A stretch of 64,000 nt of DNA from Basidiobolus meristosporus CBS 931.73. Lineage: Eukaryota; Fungi; Basidiobolomycota. Every line of letters begins with the position of its first letter. Positions within the stretch are counted from its first letter, which is position 1. Position numbers and translations under genes: made by a program. Below the pieces are notes generated by a model, which saw nothing but the letters and a program-made list of their open reading frames with translations, did no database searches and was not told the DNA's origin. Location: assembly GCA_002104905.1 (NCBI GenBank), contig MCFE01000203.1, positions 62,001 through 126,000 on the forward strand, read 5' to 3'. Shown here one piece after another: positions 23,324 to 35,354 of the stretch.

Positions 23324-24269
23324 CTATTTGACCACGGGTGGTGGGTCGCGGTTCCATTTGTCATTAACGTGATTGGAGAACAATACCGAAATAAAGATGA
23401 GGCATAGGTGCGGCAACAGAAGTGCGAAGGACACAATATAAGCTATCTTCAGGGTCAGATAATTGAAGCGATAATATTTACCAAGACACCCTGGCAACAA
23501 GCTTCTCATGTAACACTTGTTAGACACGGCAGGGTGATCGAGTGGCCCTTGGAACCCACAGCAATGCAGCTAGATGGACGTCAGTTAGAACATCGAATAG
23601 GATGGGTGAAATGCATTAAAGCCGCCTACATTGTTTTGGATGGTCAACTTTTCGTTGTAGCTGAAGGAACGCCACTGACTTCCCAACTTGGCTCGTAGGT
23701 TCCAAAGCTGGCGTTTGTACGCCAGGTATCCAACCGAAGCTGTCAACGCGAAGAGCGGCCACAGTGCCAGGGCACACATGGTCAGAACCTTCCGGTTGTT
23801 CATGATGATCCCGTAGTAGGCCGCGAGACAATTACAGATCGTTAGAAGGCTGGTTATAGTGGTGATCACAAGTAGGTTCTTGTTTCCGGTTATGATGACT
23901 TCCGCTCGATGATACGCCTTGAACCATGTTAGCAAGGAACCTACAAGGGCGCCGATGGCGATGGAAAAGATCTTGGTCATCCAGAAATCACGTCAATCCC
24001 CGAAATTTGCAACATCCAACGCAGCAGCACCTTACCATTGAATAGCCCACAATTAGCATCCATTTACCCCTAGACCAAGTTGATAGACCCTGGTTGGGCG
24101 TGGAAAGGTATCTATCATTGGCACGGTTCACGGACTGCCCTCTTGATGCGTCAAGTCCATGAACATTCCCATTCAAACTCCTCCTGCTTATATCCAAGGC
24201 ACTGGAGGAAGCGGTGATCAGGTTCTCCGACATTGATTCGGTCGTGTAGACACTGCTTCGATGCGCCAT
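23324..24269 (-). CDS. Tetraspanin-like membrane protein, Tsp2-like (3 exons: 24269-24036, 23971-23630, 23569-23324; about 273 aa)
   Basis: Four hydrophobic segments, IQNN/LHCCGF CCG motif, C-Y..S.LPGC and LFSNHV, as in fungal Tsp2. GT-AG introns of 64 and 60 nt join the ORF-track fragments in frame. Confidence 0.8.
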
Positions 24270-25237
24270 TAGTCAACTATTTCCTGGATCAGCGGAAAAG
24301 AAAGAGTCTAAATGACGAAATGGTAAGTCGAGGGATAGATGGGAATTGGGTGTGGACGCAGTTGTTGGAGGCTGTCGCTTTTATTCACGACCCGCCGATG
24401 CTGGAAATGTGAACATGCACCCACCTGCCGATCGGAACGAGTCTGAACAGACAATAGAGATTCGGTGGGGGAAGGATCCAATTGATAGGCGGCAAAGAAT
24501 GATCACCCAACTTTGCTCACGCTGCGTCTGACAGGGTGGTGAGCCGACGTCGAAAGACTGGCACCAAGGATCAGTATTTATAAGTTTGATATATATATCC
24601 TCCGCCTATAACCTAGGTTTGACGATGTTTGACTTCGTCTTAGCGAGTTACATGTCGGCAAATAATTTCCAATACAAGAGGTACATTGTTGGCCTCACGG
24701 TCGAGAGAGCATGTCCAGCATCAATACAATCGATGGAGATCCTTGCTAACTATCCACCAAAATCCCTGTCACAGAGATGGCCCTAGGAAATTAACATTGA
24801 TGACAGAACATGCGCATAATTCGGCCAATAGGCTTACTTCCGAAGAGATCCTTCCTAAAACATACTAGCGCGATCTCGTTTAAGTAGCTGGCTCTCACAT
24901 GATGGTATGTCGAGTTGAAAACCAAGGTGGTTGTCAAAGATGTCTACCCGGTACTGTTAATTGGCTCAAAGTCACATGATCTAACACCCCCATCCCGCTC
25001 CTCCCATATCACATGATCCCAGGAGGTTTAGCACTATGTGGTGAGACCAGATCAAGAGGGATCAGAGGGATAAAAAAAAAAGGAAAAAAAGGTGAGATTC
25101 CAGAAAGAGGCAATTGCGTATTGCGTTTTGATGAGAGCGTAAGCCAAGTTTTTTATGGGCGATCGGGGTGTATAAACTGATTCTATTTGACAAAACGACC
25201 TCTTTGTCGCACCTGCTTTCCCCTTTATTCTATTGCC

Positions 25238-27202
25238 ATGGCCGCTAAGAAGTTTGATAGATCTTCTTTGGAACAGCTCCTTAGTAAGAGATTCTTTTAC
25301 ACCCCCGCCTTCAGCATCTACGGCGGTGTCGCTGGTCTTTACGACTATGGACCAACCGGTTGTGCCCTTCAGGCCAACATCTTGAACACCTGGCGTAACC
25401 ACTTCGTCCTTGAGGAGGATATGCTTGAACTCGACTGTACTATCATGACCCCTGCCGAGGTCCTTAAGACCTCCGGCCACGTTGAAAAATTCGCCGATTG
25501 GATGTGCAAAGATCCCAAGACCGGTGAAATCTTCAGAGCTGATCACTTGGTCGAAGGTGTCCTTGAGGGTAGATTGGAGGGTGACAAGCTCGCTAGAAGC
25601 GAACCTATTGCCGCCGAAGCTGCTTGCCCTGAAGGTGCCAAGAAGAAAAAGGAAAAGAAGAAGAAGGGTGCCGTTGTTGCTGTCAAGTTGGAGGATAGCG
25701 TCAAGGCTGAATACGAACACATCTTGGCCCAGATTGATAACTACAGTGGCCCCGAGCTAGGTGAGCTCATGAAGAAGTACGACATCAAGTCCCCAGAAAC
25801 TGGCAACGATTTGACCGAGCCCGTTGAATTCAACCTTATGTTCGAAAGCAGCATTGGCCCCACCGGTCAACTCAAGGGTTACTTGCGTCCCGAAACTGCC
25901 CAAGGCCAATTCTTGAACTTCAAGCGTCTCCTTGAGTTCAACAACGACCGCATGCCATTCGCCTCTGCTCAAATTGGTAAATCCTTCAGAAACGAGATCT
26001 CCCCTAGATCTGGTCTCCTTCGTGTGCGTGAGTTCACCATGGCTGAGATTGAGCACTATGTTGATCCCCTTAGCAAGAAGCACGCTCGTTTCGCCGAGGT
26101 GAAGGATCAAGTTGTTCGCCTTCTTCCTGCCTCCGTCCAGCTTGAAGGCCGCACCGAGCTTTCAGAAATCACCATTGGCGAGGCTGTCGAAAAGAAGATC
26201 GTCGACAACGAAACCTTGGGTTACTTCCTCGTTAGAATCTACCTCTTCCTCACCAAGATCGGTATCAACCCCGAAAGACTTCGTTTCAGACAACACATGT
26301 CCAACGAGATGGCTCACTACGCATGCGACTGTTGGGATGCCGAAATTGAGACCAGCTACGGCTGGATCGAATGTGTTGGCTGTGCCGATCGTTCTGCCTA
26401 CGATTTGACTGTTCACTCGGTCAAGACCAAGGAGAAGCTTGTTGTTCGTGAGGCCCTCCCCGAACCCCGCGTGATCGAAAAGCTCCAAGTCGAGATCAAC
26501 AAGAAGGTCTTCGGCTCCAAGCTCAAGAGAGGAGCCAAGCCCGTTGAGGAGTACTTGACCGCCTTGGATGAAGCCGCTGCTCAAAAGCTCAAGGATGATA
26601 TGGCCGCCAACGGTGGTAAGATCAACGTGACCGGTACTGACGGCAACGAGTACGAAGTTACCTCGGAGATGGTTTCCGTCGAGAAGGTTACCATCAAGGA
26701 ACACGTTCGCGAGTACACCCCCAACGTCATCGAGCCCTCATTCGGTATTGGACGTATCATGTACTCCTTGATGGAGCACGCCTACTGGACTCGTGAGGGT
26801 GATGAGCAGAGATCTGTTCTCTCTTTCCCCATTGGTGTTGCTCCATTCAAGTGCTTGGTTCTCCCCATCAGTAACCAAGCAGAGTTCCAAAAGCCTCTTC
26901 AAAACTTGACTAGCAACTTGCGTCGTTTGGGCATCTCCTCCAAGATCGATGACTCCTCTGCTTCCATTGGCCGTCGTTATGCCCGTAACGATGAGTTGGG
27001 TACTCCATATGCCATCACCGTTGATTTCCAAACCGTTGCCGATGGTACCGTTACCTTGAGAGAGCGTGACACCACCAAGCAAATCCGTGAGAAGGTCGAG
27101 GTCATTTTGGAACTTGTCAACCAACTTGTTGCGGAGAAGATCACCTGGGAGCAAGTCTTGGAGAAGCATCAAGTTTTCGTTCAACAAGAAGTTGCCAACT
27201 AA
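25238..27202 (+). CDS. GRS1: Glycyl-tRNA synthetase (eukaryotic homodimeric type), intronless
   Basis: AFSIYGGVAGLYDYGPTG, LRPETAQGQF, FRNEISPRSGLLRVREF, GWIECVGCADRSAYDL, EPSFGIGR, and an anticodon-binding domain (IGRRYARNDELG). First ATG at 25238; in-frame TTG at 25187. Confidence 0.97.
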   Translation: MAAKKFDRSSLEQLLSKRFFYTPAFSIYGGVAGLYDYGPTGCALQANILNTWRNHFVLEEDMLELDCTIMTPAEVLKTSGHVEKFADWMCKDPKTGEIFRADHLVEGVLEGRLEGDKLARSEPIAAEAACPEGAKKKKEKKKKGAVVAVKLEDSVKAEYEHILAQIDNYSGPELGELMKKYDIKSPETGNDLTEPVEFNLMFESSIGPTGQLKGYLRPETAQGQFLNFKRLLEFNNDRMPFASAQIGKSFRNEISPRSGLLRVREFTMAEIEHYVDPLSKKHARFAEVKDQVVRLLPASVQLEGRTELSEITIGEAVEKKIVDNETLGYFLVRIYLFLTKIGINPERLRFRQHMSNEMAHYACDCWDAEIETSYGWIECVGCADRSAYDLTVHSVKTKEKLVVREALPEPRVIEKLQVEINKKVFGSKLKRGAKPVEEYLTALDEAAAQKLKDDMAANGGKINVTGTDGNEYEVTSEMVSVEKVTIKEHVREYTPNVIEPSFGIGRIMYSLMEHAYWTREGDEQRSVLSFPIGVAPFKCLVLPISNQAEFQKPLQNLTSNLRRLGISSKIDDSSASIGRRYARNDELGTPYAITVDFQTVADGTVTLRERDTTKQIREKVEVILELVNQLVAEKITWEQVLEKHQVFVQQEVAN

Positions 27203-27635
27203 TCCCTTCCAATTTCAAACAACCCTTTCCGTGTCTAATTTATTGACTTTGGTTGATGATTGCGTGCACATGTTCTTGTTTTTACCTTCCCGCTCATTAA
27301 CATTAATGTAATTATTGGCTTGCTTCCCGAATCTCTCCCTTTTTGCCTTTACCTTCCACTTCATTTCATTTGTTGTAATGAGAAATAAATGAGAACTTGA
27401 ACGTGTAGCTGCACATGGACTCGACAACCTGCTAGCATATGGTGTAGCCCACGCAACAACCAACTCGAAGACTATGTTTTCTTCCCACGCTCTGCATTGT
27501 TCGTGAGTCACCATCAACAGGTAGATGATTTGTAAGCTTATGTGACGTTTCATGAATCATTGAAGCATGAGTCCGACTATTTAAAGCCCTGTGGAGGTGG
27601 GTGGGTGTGCTGGACACAGTCATATCGCTTAGAAG

Positions 27636-28727
27636 ATGATAATCAAAAACCTTAAGAGTCTACCCATTTACACTGTGGATGCATTTGTTACTGAGGAAGG
27701 CCCGTTTTCTGGAAACCCTGCGGGCGTTTGCTTAATCCCTTACGGGACCAACCTTGAGGAGGAGAGGTTGCAGGTAGGTTCGATTTAGCTCACCTGATGA
27801 AAGCCCCTCCTGTTCACTCCTCTTTTAAGAAAATCGCTTTGGAGATGAACCTTTCGGAAACGGCATTCGTGCAGCCGCTTAAGGAGTCGGAAGGGTTTGA
27901 TACCGGGAAGGAATTCAACCTGCGCTGGTTCACACCCACAGTAGAGATCGCACTTTGTGGACATGTAGGAATCACTCTCAACAAGAGTTTTGGCTTGGGG
28001 CTCTCTAACCGAAGTGTTGTTGTTTTCACTTGGTAGGGAACTATCGCAACCGGGCATATCATTTTGAATGTTCTGAACAATCCTAGCAAAGAAATACAAT
28101 TCCGTACTATGAGCGGCTTACTCACTGCCAAGCGAACCGAGAATGAAGGTGAAATTGCCATCTCCCTTCCAGCAGGGGAATCTGTCGAAGTGTCCGATAG
28201 AGAGGAATTGGTCCAGATGGCAGAGGCTTCGGGGATTCATGTGAACAACGAGAAGGTCCCCATCGAAAGTGTTCATTATTCAAGCAAGTCGAAGAAACTA
28301 TTCGTTCATGTAAAAGGAGGTCGCGCAGTTCTCGAGTCCATCAAGTTGAACATCAATGATGTAGTAGCCTACACTAACAAAATCGGCCTATCACATCAAT
28401 CGTTTGTGATAACATCTGAAGATGAAGAATGTGACTTTGTATTGAGAGTTTTCTGTCCGTGGGTTGGAATCAATGAGGATCCGGTAAGGTGATCCTGAGC
28501 CCAAGAATACCTCTGCAGATCACTAAGAATTGGTTTCCTAGGTTACTGGCTCTGCCCAATGCATATTAACCCCCTATTGGAGTAAGGTGCTAGGAAAAAC
28601 CGAACTGATGGCTCGCCAGTGCTCCGCTCGTGGAGGAATTTTGAGGACTCAGCTGGATAGTGAGAACAAACAAGTAGTCATCAGTGGAAATTCAGTGGTA
28701 TTTTTGGAGGGAAAGTTCTATTACTGA
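27636..28727 (+). CDS. PhzC/PhzF-like epimerase-fold protein (4 exons: 27636-27773, 27830-27964, 28037-28483, 28542-28727)
   Basis: VDAF..PFSGNPAGV, EMNLSETAF, LRWFTPTVEIALCGH/GT, RVFCPWVGINEDP/VTGSA. All introns are GT-AG and in frame. Confidence 0.9.
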
Positions 28728-29487
28728 TCTCGAGCAATAAACAATGCATTGTCCGCCCATCTTGAGCAACACCCATAATTTTCCATTATTTTGAGGAACA
28801 TCGATAATTCCAGAACATTTCGAGCAACATCTATATTTTCAGATCATCGCCATCAGACAAAATCCATTCTCCGACGTGGAAATCATGCTCCTCCCATAGA
28901 TTTGTTTCGACCATAAGTATTGACGATGCGCATCCAAGTCTAATCGCCGTTTCATATAATGGTAAGCATTCATTCAGATTTCTTGTGGCTAGGAAAGGTT
29001 GATGTTGATGAAAATTGACTTCTGACACCTCTTGTTTGAATGCCTGCTTCCCTTCACGGGAGGAATGTGGCATAATGCACTTACTTTTTTTTCTGAGTCA
29101 ATCGATTGCCATGATTCTTCATTGCACTTTGCATGTTTCCTTTGCTAACCTAACTCTCTTTAGAATCTTGCCGGAGGATCATTTTATGAATAAACTATAA
29201 TTAAACATATTTTCTCGAAATCAACAATTATTTAAACCATGTTCAATTCGCAATTAAAAATGTGTCACAGTATTAACGTCGATTAAGTGAGCGATTTGGT
29301 GTTGCTTGGTCGTTCCCGTGGTGGCCAATGATGAGCCAAAAAATCAGTGCCGAAAATAACGATCACCAGATTTTGGGGATGGCACCCTACTTTTTGAAAT
29401 TGTTAAAATATGGAGCATTCTAGTATGGAACACTCTTTTACGCAAGTTTCGTGAATCTAACCGATCGCGGCAGATTTTTAGCACATC

Positions 29488-30105
29488 ATGAAGTAAGTGA
29501 ATCCATACTTCCATCAAGGCCATCCATTCCACGCACTTGATGTACACACTGACCGACAGTTAACCGTGCTTTTCCACTTGTCTCCCCAGAATTGAACTCT
29601 GCTCCTTCTCTGGCTACAAGATCTATCCTGGTCATGGTAGACTCTTTGTTCGTTCCGACAGCAAAGTACTTGGAGATTATGCTATTGTTGTCTGTTGCCG
29701 TGAATGAGGTTTACTTATTTCGCTGCTCATTAGGTCTTCCGTTTCGTGGATTCCAAGACCGAGTCTCTCTTCCAACAACGTATGAACCCTCGTAAGATCA
29801 GCTGGACCGTTGTCTTCCGTCGTATGCACAAGAAGGGTATTACCGAGGAAGTTGCCAAGAAGAGAACCCGTCGTACCGTTAAGCACCAACGTGCCGTTGT
29901 TGGCGCTTCCTGGGAAGCTATTCGTGCCAAGCGTAACCAAAAGCCCGAGGTTCGTGCTGCTGCCCGTCAGGCTGCCATTCGCGATGCCAAGGATAAGAAG
30001 AAGGCCGAGCAAACCAAGAAGAAGGAGATTCGCGCTTCTCAACCCAAGATCTCTAAGCAACAAGCTAAGGGAGCCCGCCCTGTTGTTGCCGCCAAGAGCC
30101 GTTAA
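29488..30105 (+). CDS. RPL24: 60S ribosomal protein L24 / eL24 (exons 29488-29492, 29590-29665, 29734-30105)
   Basis: [29 protein letters not shown]...[18 protein letters not shown], followed by the Lys/Arg/Ala-rich tail. Confidence 0.97.
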
Positions 30106-30670
30106 GTTCACATTATAATCAATGTATTGAAGTATATCTGAATATTTTAATAAATCCCGGTCTTTTGGTTAGATTGTGTATATGTGTCATCGATATAATG
30201 TAGATTCTTGAGGCAACACATTGTAGTGCATGGTTACTGCTTCTAGCATACTGAATGCCATCTCGGATAATTTTCACACCCCACAATCACATTTCCTGTC
30301 TTATTCACCAATACTAGAGGGTGTGGGAAGAGGAGCAATGCTAGATAGATTCTCAACCTTCGGAAGTACTTACATTATCCGGTGACATGATAAAGTAATC
30401 TAAACTAAATCCGAAGGCCAAGTAGTTATAACTTGGATATAATCAATAGCCCCTCATTGCTAAGCAACAGCCCTCAAACATTGGTGACGAATGGGATAGT
30501 TGTGGATGAATACCCATATATGGGTTATTTACCCAGAGTGGATACATCGGTTAATTTGGATTCAGGTCCTGTAATTTCATGAGTTGTAAAATAAATAGCA
30601 CCCAGTTGCTACTCCCGAATCATCAACCACTCATTTGCAAGTGTGCAAGCAAGCATCAACATTCCTTTCA

Positions 30671-31390
30671 ATGTCCGCTCAGTCAACTACCAAGATATCC
30701 ATCATCCTCTACACCGTCTATGGCCACATCTATGAGCTGGCCAAGGCTATCAAGAAAGGTCTGGAAACGAATAACGGAGTGGTAGCCACCATCTACCAAG
30801 TGCCAGAGACACTCTCTGATGACATCCTCGCCAAGATCCATGCCCCGCCTAAGCCCGATATCCCAGTGATCACTCCTGACATGCTCACCGAGGCTGATGG
30901 CTTCTTCTTTGGCATCCCCACCAGATTTGGGGCCATGCCAGCTCAGTTCCAGCAGTTCTGGGATGCCACGGGCGCACTCTGGGCCCAAGGAGCACTCCGC
31001 AACAAGTTCGCAGCCACCTTCTTCTCCACTGGCTCACAACATGGAGGACAGGAGACAACAGCAATGACATTCATGACCACTGTTGTCCACCATGGAATGA
31101 TCTACATCCCCAATGGATTCGCATCACCACACTTGACTGACAACTCTGAGATAGTTGGCGGAGGACCATGGGGAGCAGGAACCATCACGAATGGAGATGG
31201 ATCACGAATGCCATCTCAGAAAGAGCTGGAAGTGGCCGAGCTACAGGGACAAAACTACGGAGAGATTGTGGTGCGTCATACTCAACCTCAGTTGGTGGAG
31301 AGAGTCGTCGAGAAGATCGTGGAGAAGCAGGTGCCATCTAAGGCAAATGCGGTGACCAAAAAGTCATTCTTCAAAAAACTCTTTGCCTAA
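30671..31390 (+). CDS. Flavodoxin-like NAD(P)H:quinone oxidoreductase (WrbA/Pst2/Ycp4 family), copy 1, 239 aa
   Basis: YTVYGHIYELA (FMN P-loop), QVPETL, GIPTRFG, GALRNKFAATFFSTGSQHGGQETT, HHGMIYIP, GGGPWGAGT, DGSRMPS..ELE.A..QG. Confidence 0.93.
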   Translation: MSAQSTTKISIILYTVYGHIYELAKAIKKGLETNNGVVATIYQVPETLSDDILAKIHAPPKPDIPVITPDMLTEADGFFFGIPTRFGAMPAQFQQFWDATGALWAQGALRNKFAATFFSTGSQHGGQETTAMTFMTTVVHHGMIYIPNGFASPHLTDNSEIVGGGPWGAGTITNGDGSRMPSQKELEVAELQGQNYGEIVVRHTQPQLVERVVEKIVEKQVPSKANAVTKKSFFKKLFA

Positions 31391-32290
31391 TACGTGAACC
31401 CTACTACGCATTTATGTAACCTTTCACCCGATTGCCATCCAGCTTGATTTCCGTCATATTACCTCAGTGATGAATTGGACGTGTACACTGATAACCTTAC
31501 CTATGTTTACTATTGAGCTTCCGATTCTCCTATACTAATTCGGGAGGTTGCTGCTGAGCTGCGCGTACCAAGAAATGTAGTATATAATAAACCTAGTAAC
31601 CATCGCACTGCTATTGAATTGCCGTGTTAACTATGTTCCATGGATTTGGGGCCAAATGGCGTAAACTCAAACCAACAACAATTACCAACTGTGAATATGT
31701 AGCATAACTGACAGAAACATTGATCCCCACCTTTAACCTACCTCTTTCGGCAACTTACCTATCCCTGACGGAATGACTTTACTTTTCATAACAGTATGGT
31801 GGCCATGGTAGTGAACTGGGGCTCAAAACTGCATTTTGCACCCATCCTCCTGCGTGGATTGCAAGCAGTCGCCTTCCATATCGTTGCCACCACATTGGAT
31901 ACATACTCTTGACCCACCGTGTATACATAGTTGTTCAGATTCTGAGGAATTCTTAGGGCCTCAACAGACTAGTTTGGATTTGGAACACTTGATCTAGAAT
32001 AACTGTGGCGTCTGAACAAACCATCACCAAAATCATTGAAACAAGTGTGCCATACAGAGAAGATATGATTAATATGGCCGGAGGGGTGCTTACTAACCCC
32101 TGATGGTAAGTAATCTATTTGAAAGTACAAACGGAGATATTACCATATATGGCTCATTTACCCAAGATCGATGGATTCCACCATTAGAAATTGATGCGTG
32201 AGATGGCAAAATAAATAGCACCCAGTTGCTACTCCCGAATCATCAACCACTCATTTGCAAGTGTGCAAGCAAGCATCAACATTCCTTTCA

Positions 32291-33011
32291 ATGTCCGCTC
32301 AGTCAACTACCAAGATATCCATCATCCTCTACACCGTCTATGGCCACATCTATGAGCTGGCCAAGGCTATCAAGAAAGGTCTGGAAACGAATAACGGGGT
32401 GGTAGCCACCATCTACCAAGTGCCAGAGACACTCTCTGATGACATCCTCGCCAAGATCCATGCCCCGCCTAAGCCCGATATCCCAGTGATCACTCCTGAC
32501 ATGCTCACTGAGGCTGATGGCTTCTTCTTTGGCATCCCCACCAGATTTGGGGCCATGCCAGCTCAGTTCCAGCAGTTCTGGGATGTCCACAGGCGCACTC
32601 TGGGCCCAAGGAGCACTCCGCAACAAGTTCGCAGCCACCTTCTTCTCCACTGGCTCACAACATGGAGGACAGGAGACAACAGCAATGACATTCATGACCA
32701 CTGTTGTCCACCATGGAATGATCTACATCCCCAATGGATTCGCATCACCACACTTGACTGACAACTCTGAGATAGTTGGCGGAGGACCATGGGGAGCAGG
32801 AACCATCACGAATGGAGATGGATCACGAATGCCATCTCAGAAAGAGCTGGAAGTGGCCGAGCTACAAGGACAAAACTATGGGGAGATTGTGGTGCGTCAC
32901 ACTCAACCTCAGATAGTGGAGAGAATTGTGGAAAAGATCATTGAGAAGGAAGTACCAGATAGAGCCAAGGTGAGCAGAAAAAACTCGTTCTTCAAGAAAA
33001 TCTTTGCCTGA
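32291..33011 (+). pseudogene. Flavodoxin-like quinone reductase copy 2, with a +1 frameshift (extra T at 32586)
   Basis: GGGATGTCCACAGG here vs GGGATGCCACAGG in other copies. The two ORF-track halves overlap at this point. Confidence 0.85.
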
Positions 33012-33200
33012 AACTGTACTTATGGTCATGAAGAGCTAACTTAAACCTTGTATTGTACTGACAGTAATATTTTCTAACCCCACTATTTTTTGTTCCAACT
33101 GTATAATTTTATGCCATGCAATAAACATAGAAAATTAAACGGAACTCTGTGCTAAAGTTCTCTTATGGCTCACAAATTCCTCAAGTATTATGAGCTACCA

Positions 33201-33220
33201 ATATATATATATATATATAT
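33201..33220. repeat. (AT)10 microsatellite
   Basis: Read directly from the sequence. Confidence 0.95.
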
Positions 33221-33862
33221 CAGCTGCCTGGCTGCCTGAATGAAGTGTTACGAAGGGAAAGCTTCAAAGCTAGGTCCTCTTGCGTCGTATTTAAACATAT
33301 GAATTCATAAATCTATAGTAAGCGTGCTCCACTACAAGAAACGTCGGGGAACCTGTCCTTAAGCGGCTAATGATGGAGTTTTGTGCGACTATCTACACCT
33401 GTATTTCTCAAATTTAATGTAGCGGTTAGCGGAGGCATCCACCTTGATGATCGCTGTTGTCAAACATGTGGGTGGTTTATTATAGCCGTGAAAACATCTA
33501 GGGAAGCACCGTAATTGTCATTAATTTATTGCTAAGCAACAATCCACAATCTGTAGTGATAAATTGGAATAGTAGTGGAAAAATTCAGAGGCCAAGTATT
33601 TGTAACTTCAACAAAATCAATAGCCCCTCATTACGGAGCAACGGCACACAAATATTAGTGACGAACTGAGATGGTTGTGGATGAATAGCCATATATGGGT
33701 TATTTACCCATCACGGATACATCGGTTAATTTGGATTCAGGTCCTGAGGAAGGTTGACCATTTCGTAATAAATACCACTTGCAGGCTCTACGCTGTGTCA
33801 TACAATCACTCAAATTGATAGTTCAGCACCTACATTCGACTATTCCATATCTTTACTACGCA

Positions 33863-34582
33863 ATGACAGTACAATCCAAGACTAAGGTTTTCATCATCCT
33901 CTACACCGTCTATGGCCACATCTATGAGCTGGCCAAGGCTATCAAGAAAGGTCTGGAAACGAATAACGGAGTGGTAGCCACCATCTACCAAGTGCCAGAG
34001 ACACTCTCTGATGACATCCTCGCCAAGATCCATGCCCCGCCTAAGCCCGATATCCCAGTGATCACTCCTGACATGCTCACCGAGGCTGATGGCTTTTTCT
34101 TTGGCATCCCCACCAGATTCGGGGCCATGCCAGCTCAGTTCCAGCAGTTCTGGGATGCCACAGGCGCACTCTGGGCCCAAGGAGCACTCCGCAACAAGTT
34201 CGCAGCCACCTTCTTCTCCACTGGCTCACAACATGGAGGACAGGAGACAACAGCAATGACATTCATGACCACCATCGTCCACCATGGAATGATCTACATC
34301 CCCAATGGATTCGCATCACCACACTTGACTGACAACTCTGAGATAGTTGGCGGAGGACCATGGGGAGCAGGAACCATCACGAATGGAGATGGATCACGAA
34401 TGCCATCTCAGAAAGAGCTGGAAGTGGCCGAGCTACAAGGACAAAACTACGGAGAGATTGTGGTGCGTCATACTCAACCTCAGTTGGTGGAGAGAGTCAT
34501 CGAGAAGATCGTGGAGAAGCAGGTACCATCTAAGACCAATACAGCGGTCAAGAAGTCATTCTTCAAAAAACTTTTTGCCTGA
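33863..34582 (+). CDS. Flavodoxin-like quinone reductase copy 3 (distinct N-terminus MTVQSKTKVF)
   Basis: Same core motifs; intact ORF. Confidence 0.92.
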   Translation: MTVQSKTKVFIILYTVYGHIYELAKAIKKGLETNNGVVATIYQVPETLSDDILAKIHAPPKPDIPVITPDMLTEADGFFFGIPTRFGAMPAQFQQFWDATGALWAQGALRNKFAATFFSTGSQHGGQETTAMTFMTTIVHHGMIYIPNGFASPHLTDNSEIVGGGPWGAGTITNGDGSRMPSQKELEVAELQGQNYGEIVVRHTQPQLVERVIEKIVEKQVPSKTNTAVKKSFFKKLFA

Positions 34583-35354
34583 CATATGAATCAGACAATA
34601 CAATTGTGTAACCTTTCAATCAACGGCTCCTGGCCAAAATCAAGTCTTAATTACATCAGTATTCAACCGGTCTTGAATACTGATAACCTTACCAGTCTTT
34701 ATTATCTAATATTGAATCTTCGGACTCAGAATCAGGATGTTGAGACTAAATTAAAAGCAACAAGCAGTATAGAATATAATAAATATAATGGCGATTATAA
34801 TAACCACGTTAAAAGAGTTATATTAAGGTTGTTGGGCCAGACGAGGTAGGCTCGGAATAGCAACGACTATAACTTAACCGTAACTCCAAACTTTATTGTA
34901 AGTTAGCTCTTTGCATGCATGTCATTCGGTGTGAGTTGCTCATAGTCGCTTGTAGATTTTAGACTGGCTGTTGACTAGCTCTATCTGGAAAGCTACTAGA
35001 GATTCGGAGTATTCCCTCAAAGAACTCATCAATCTAGGTTGGGCGCTTGATTAATGATAGACAGAGATACTGTCTTCAAATAACTAAAACTGATATGTAC
35101 ACATAGATTTGAATTTAGATGCGGTTAATATGTTTGCAAGGATGCTTACTAACCTCTGATGGTAAGTAATCTATTTGAAAGTACAAACGGAGATATTACC
35201 ATATATGGCTTATTTACCCAAGATCGATGGATTCCACCATTAGAAATTGATGCGTGAGATGGCAAAATAAATAGCACCCAGTTGCTACTCTCGAATCATC
35301 AACCACTCATTTGCAAGTGTGCAAACAAGTAAGCAAGCATCAACACTCCTTTCA

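Noticed and set aside
25187-25237. Treating 25187 as an ordinary ATG start, likewise 30635, 32255, 33779, 35319, 36946, 40107 and 60810
   Set aside because: These ORF-track starts are TTG/GTG, so the first in-frame ATGs were used. The GRS1 case is kept only as a hypothesis.
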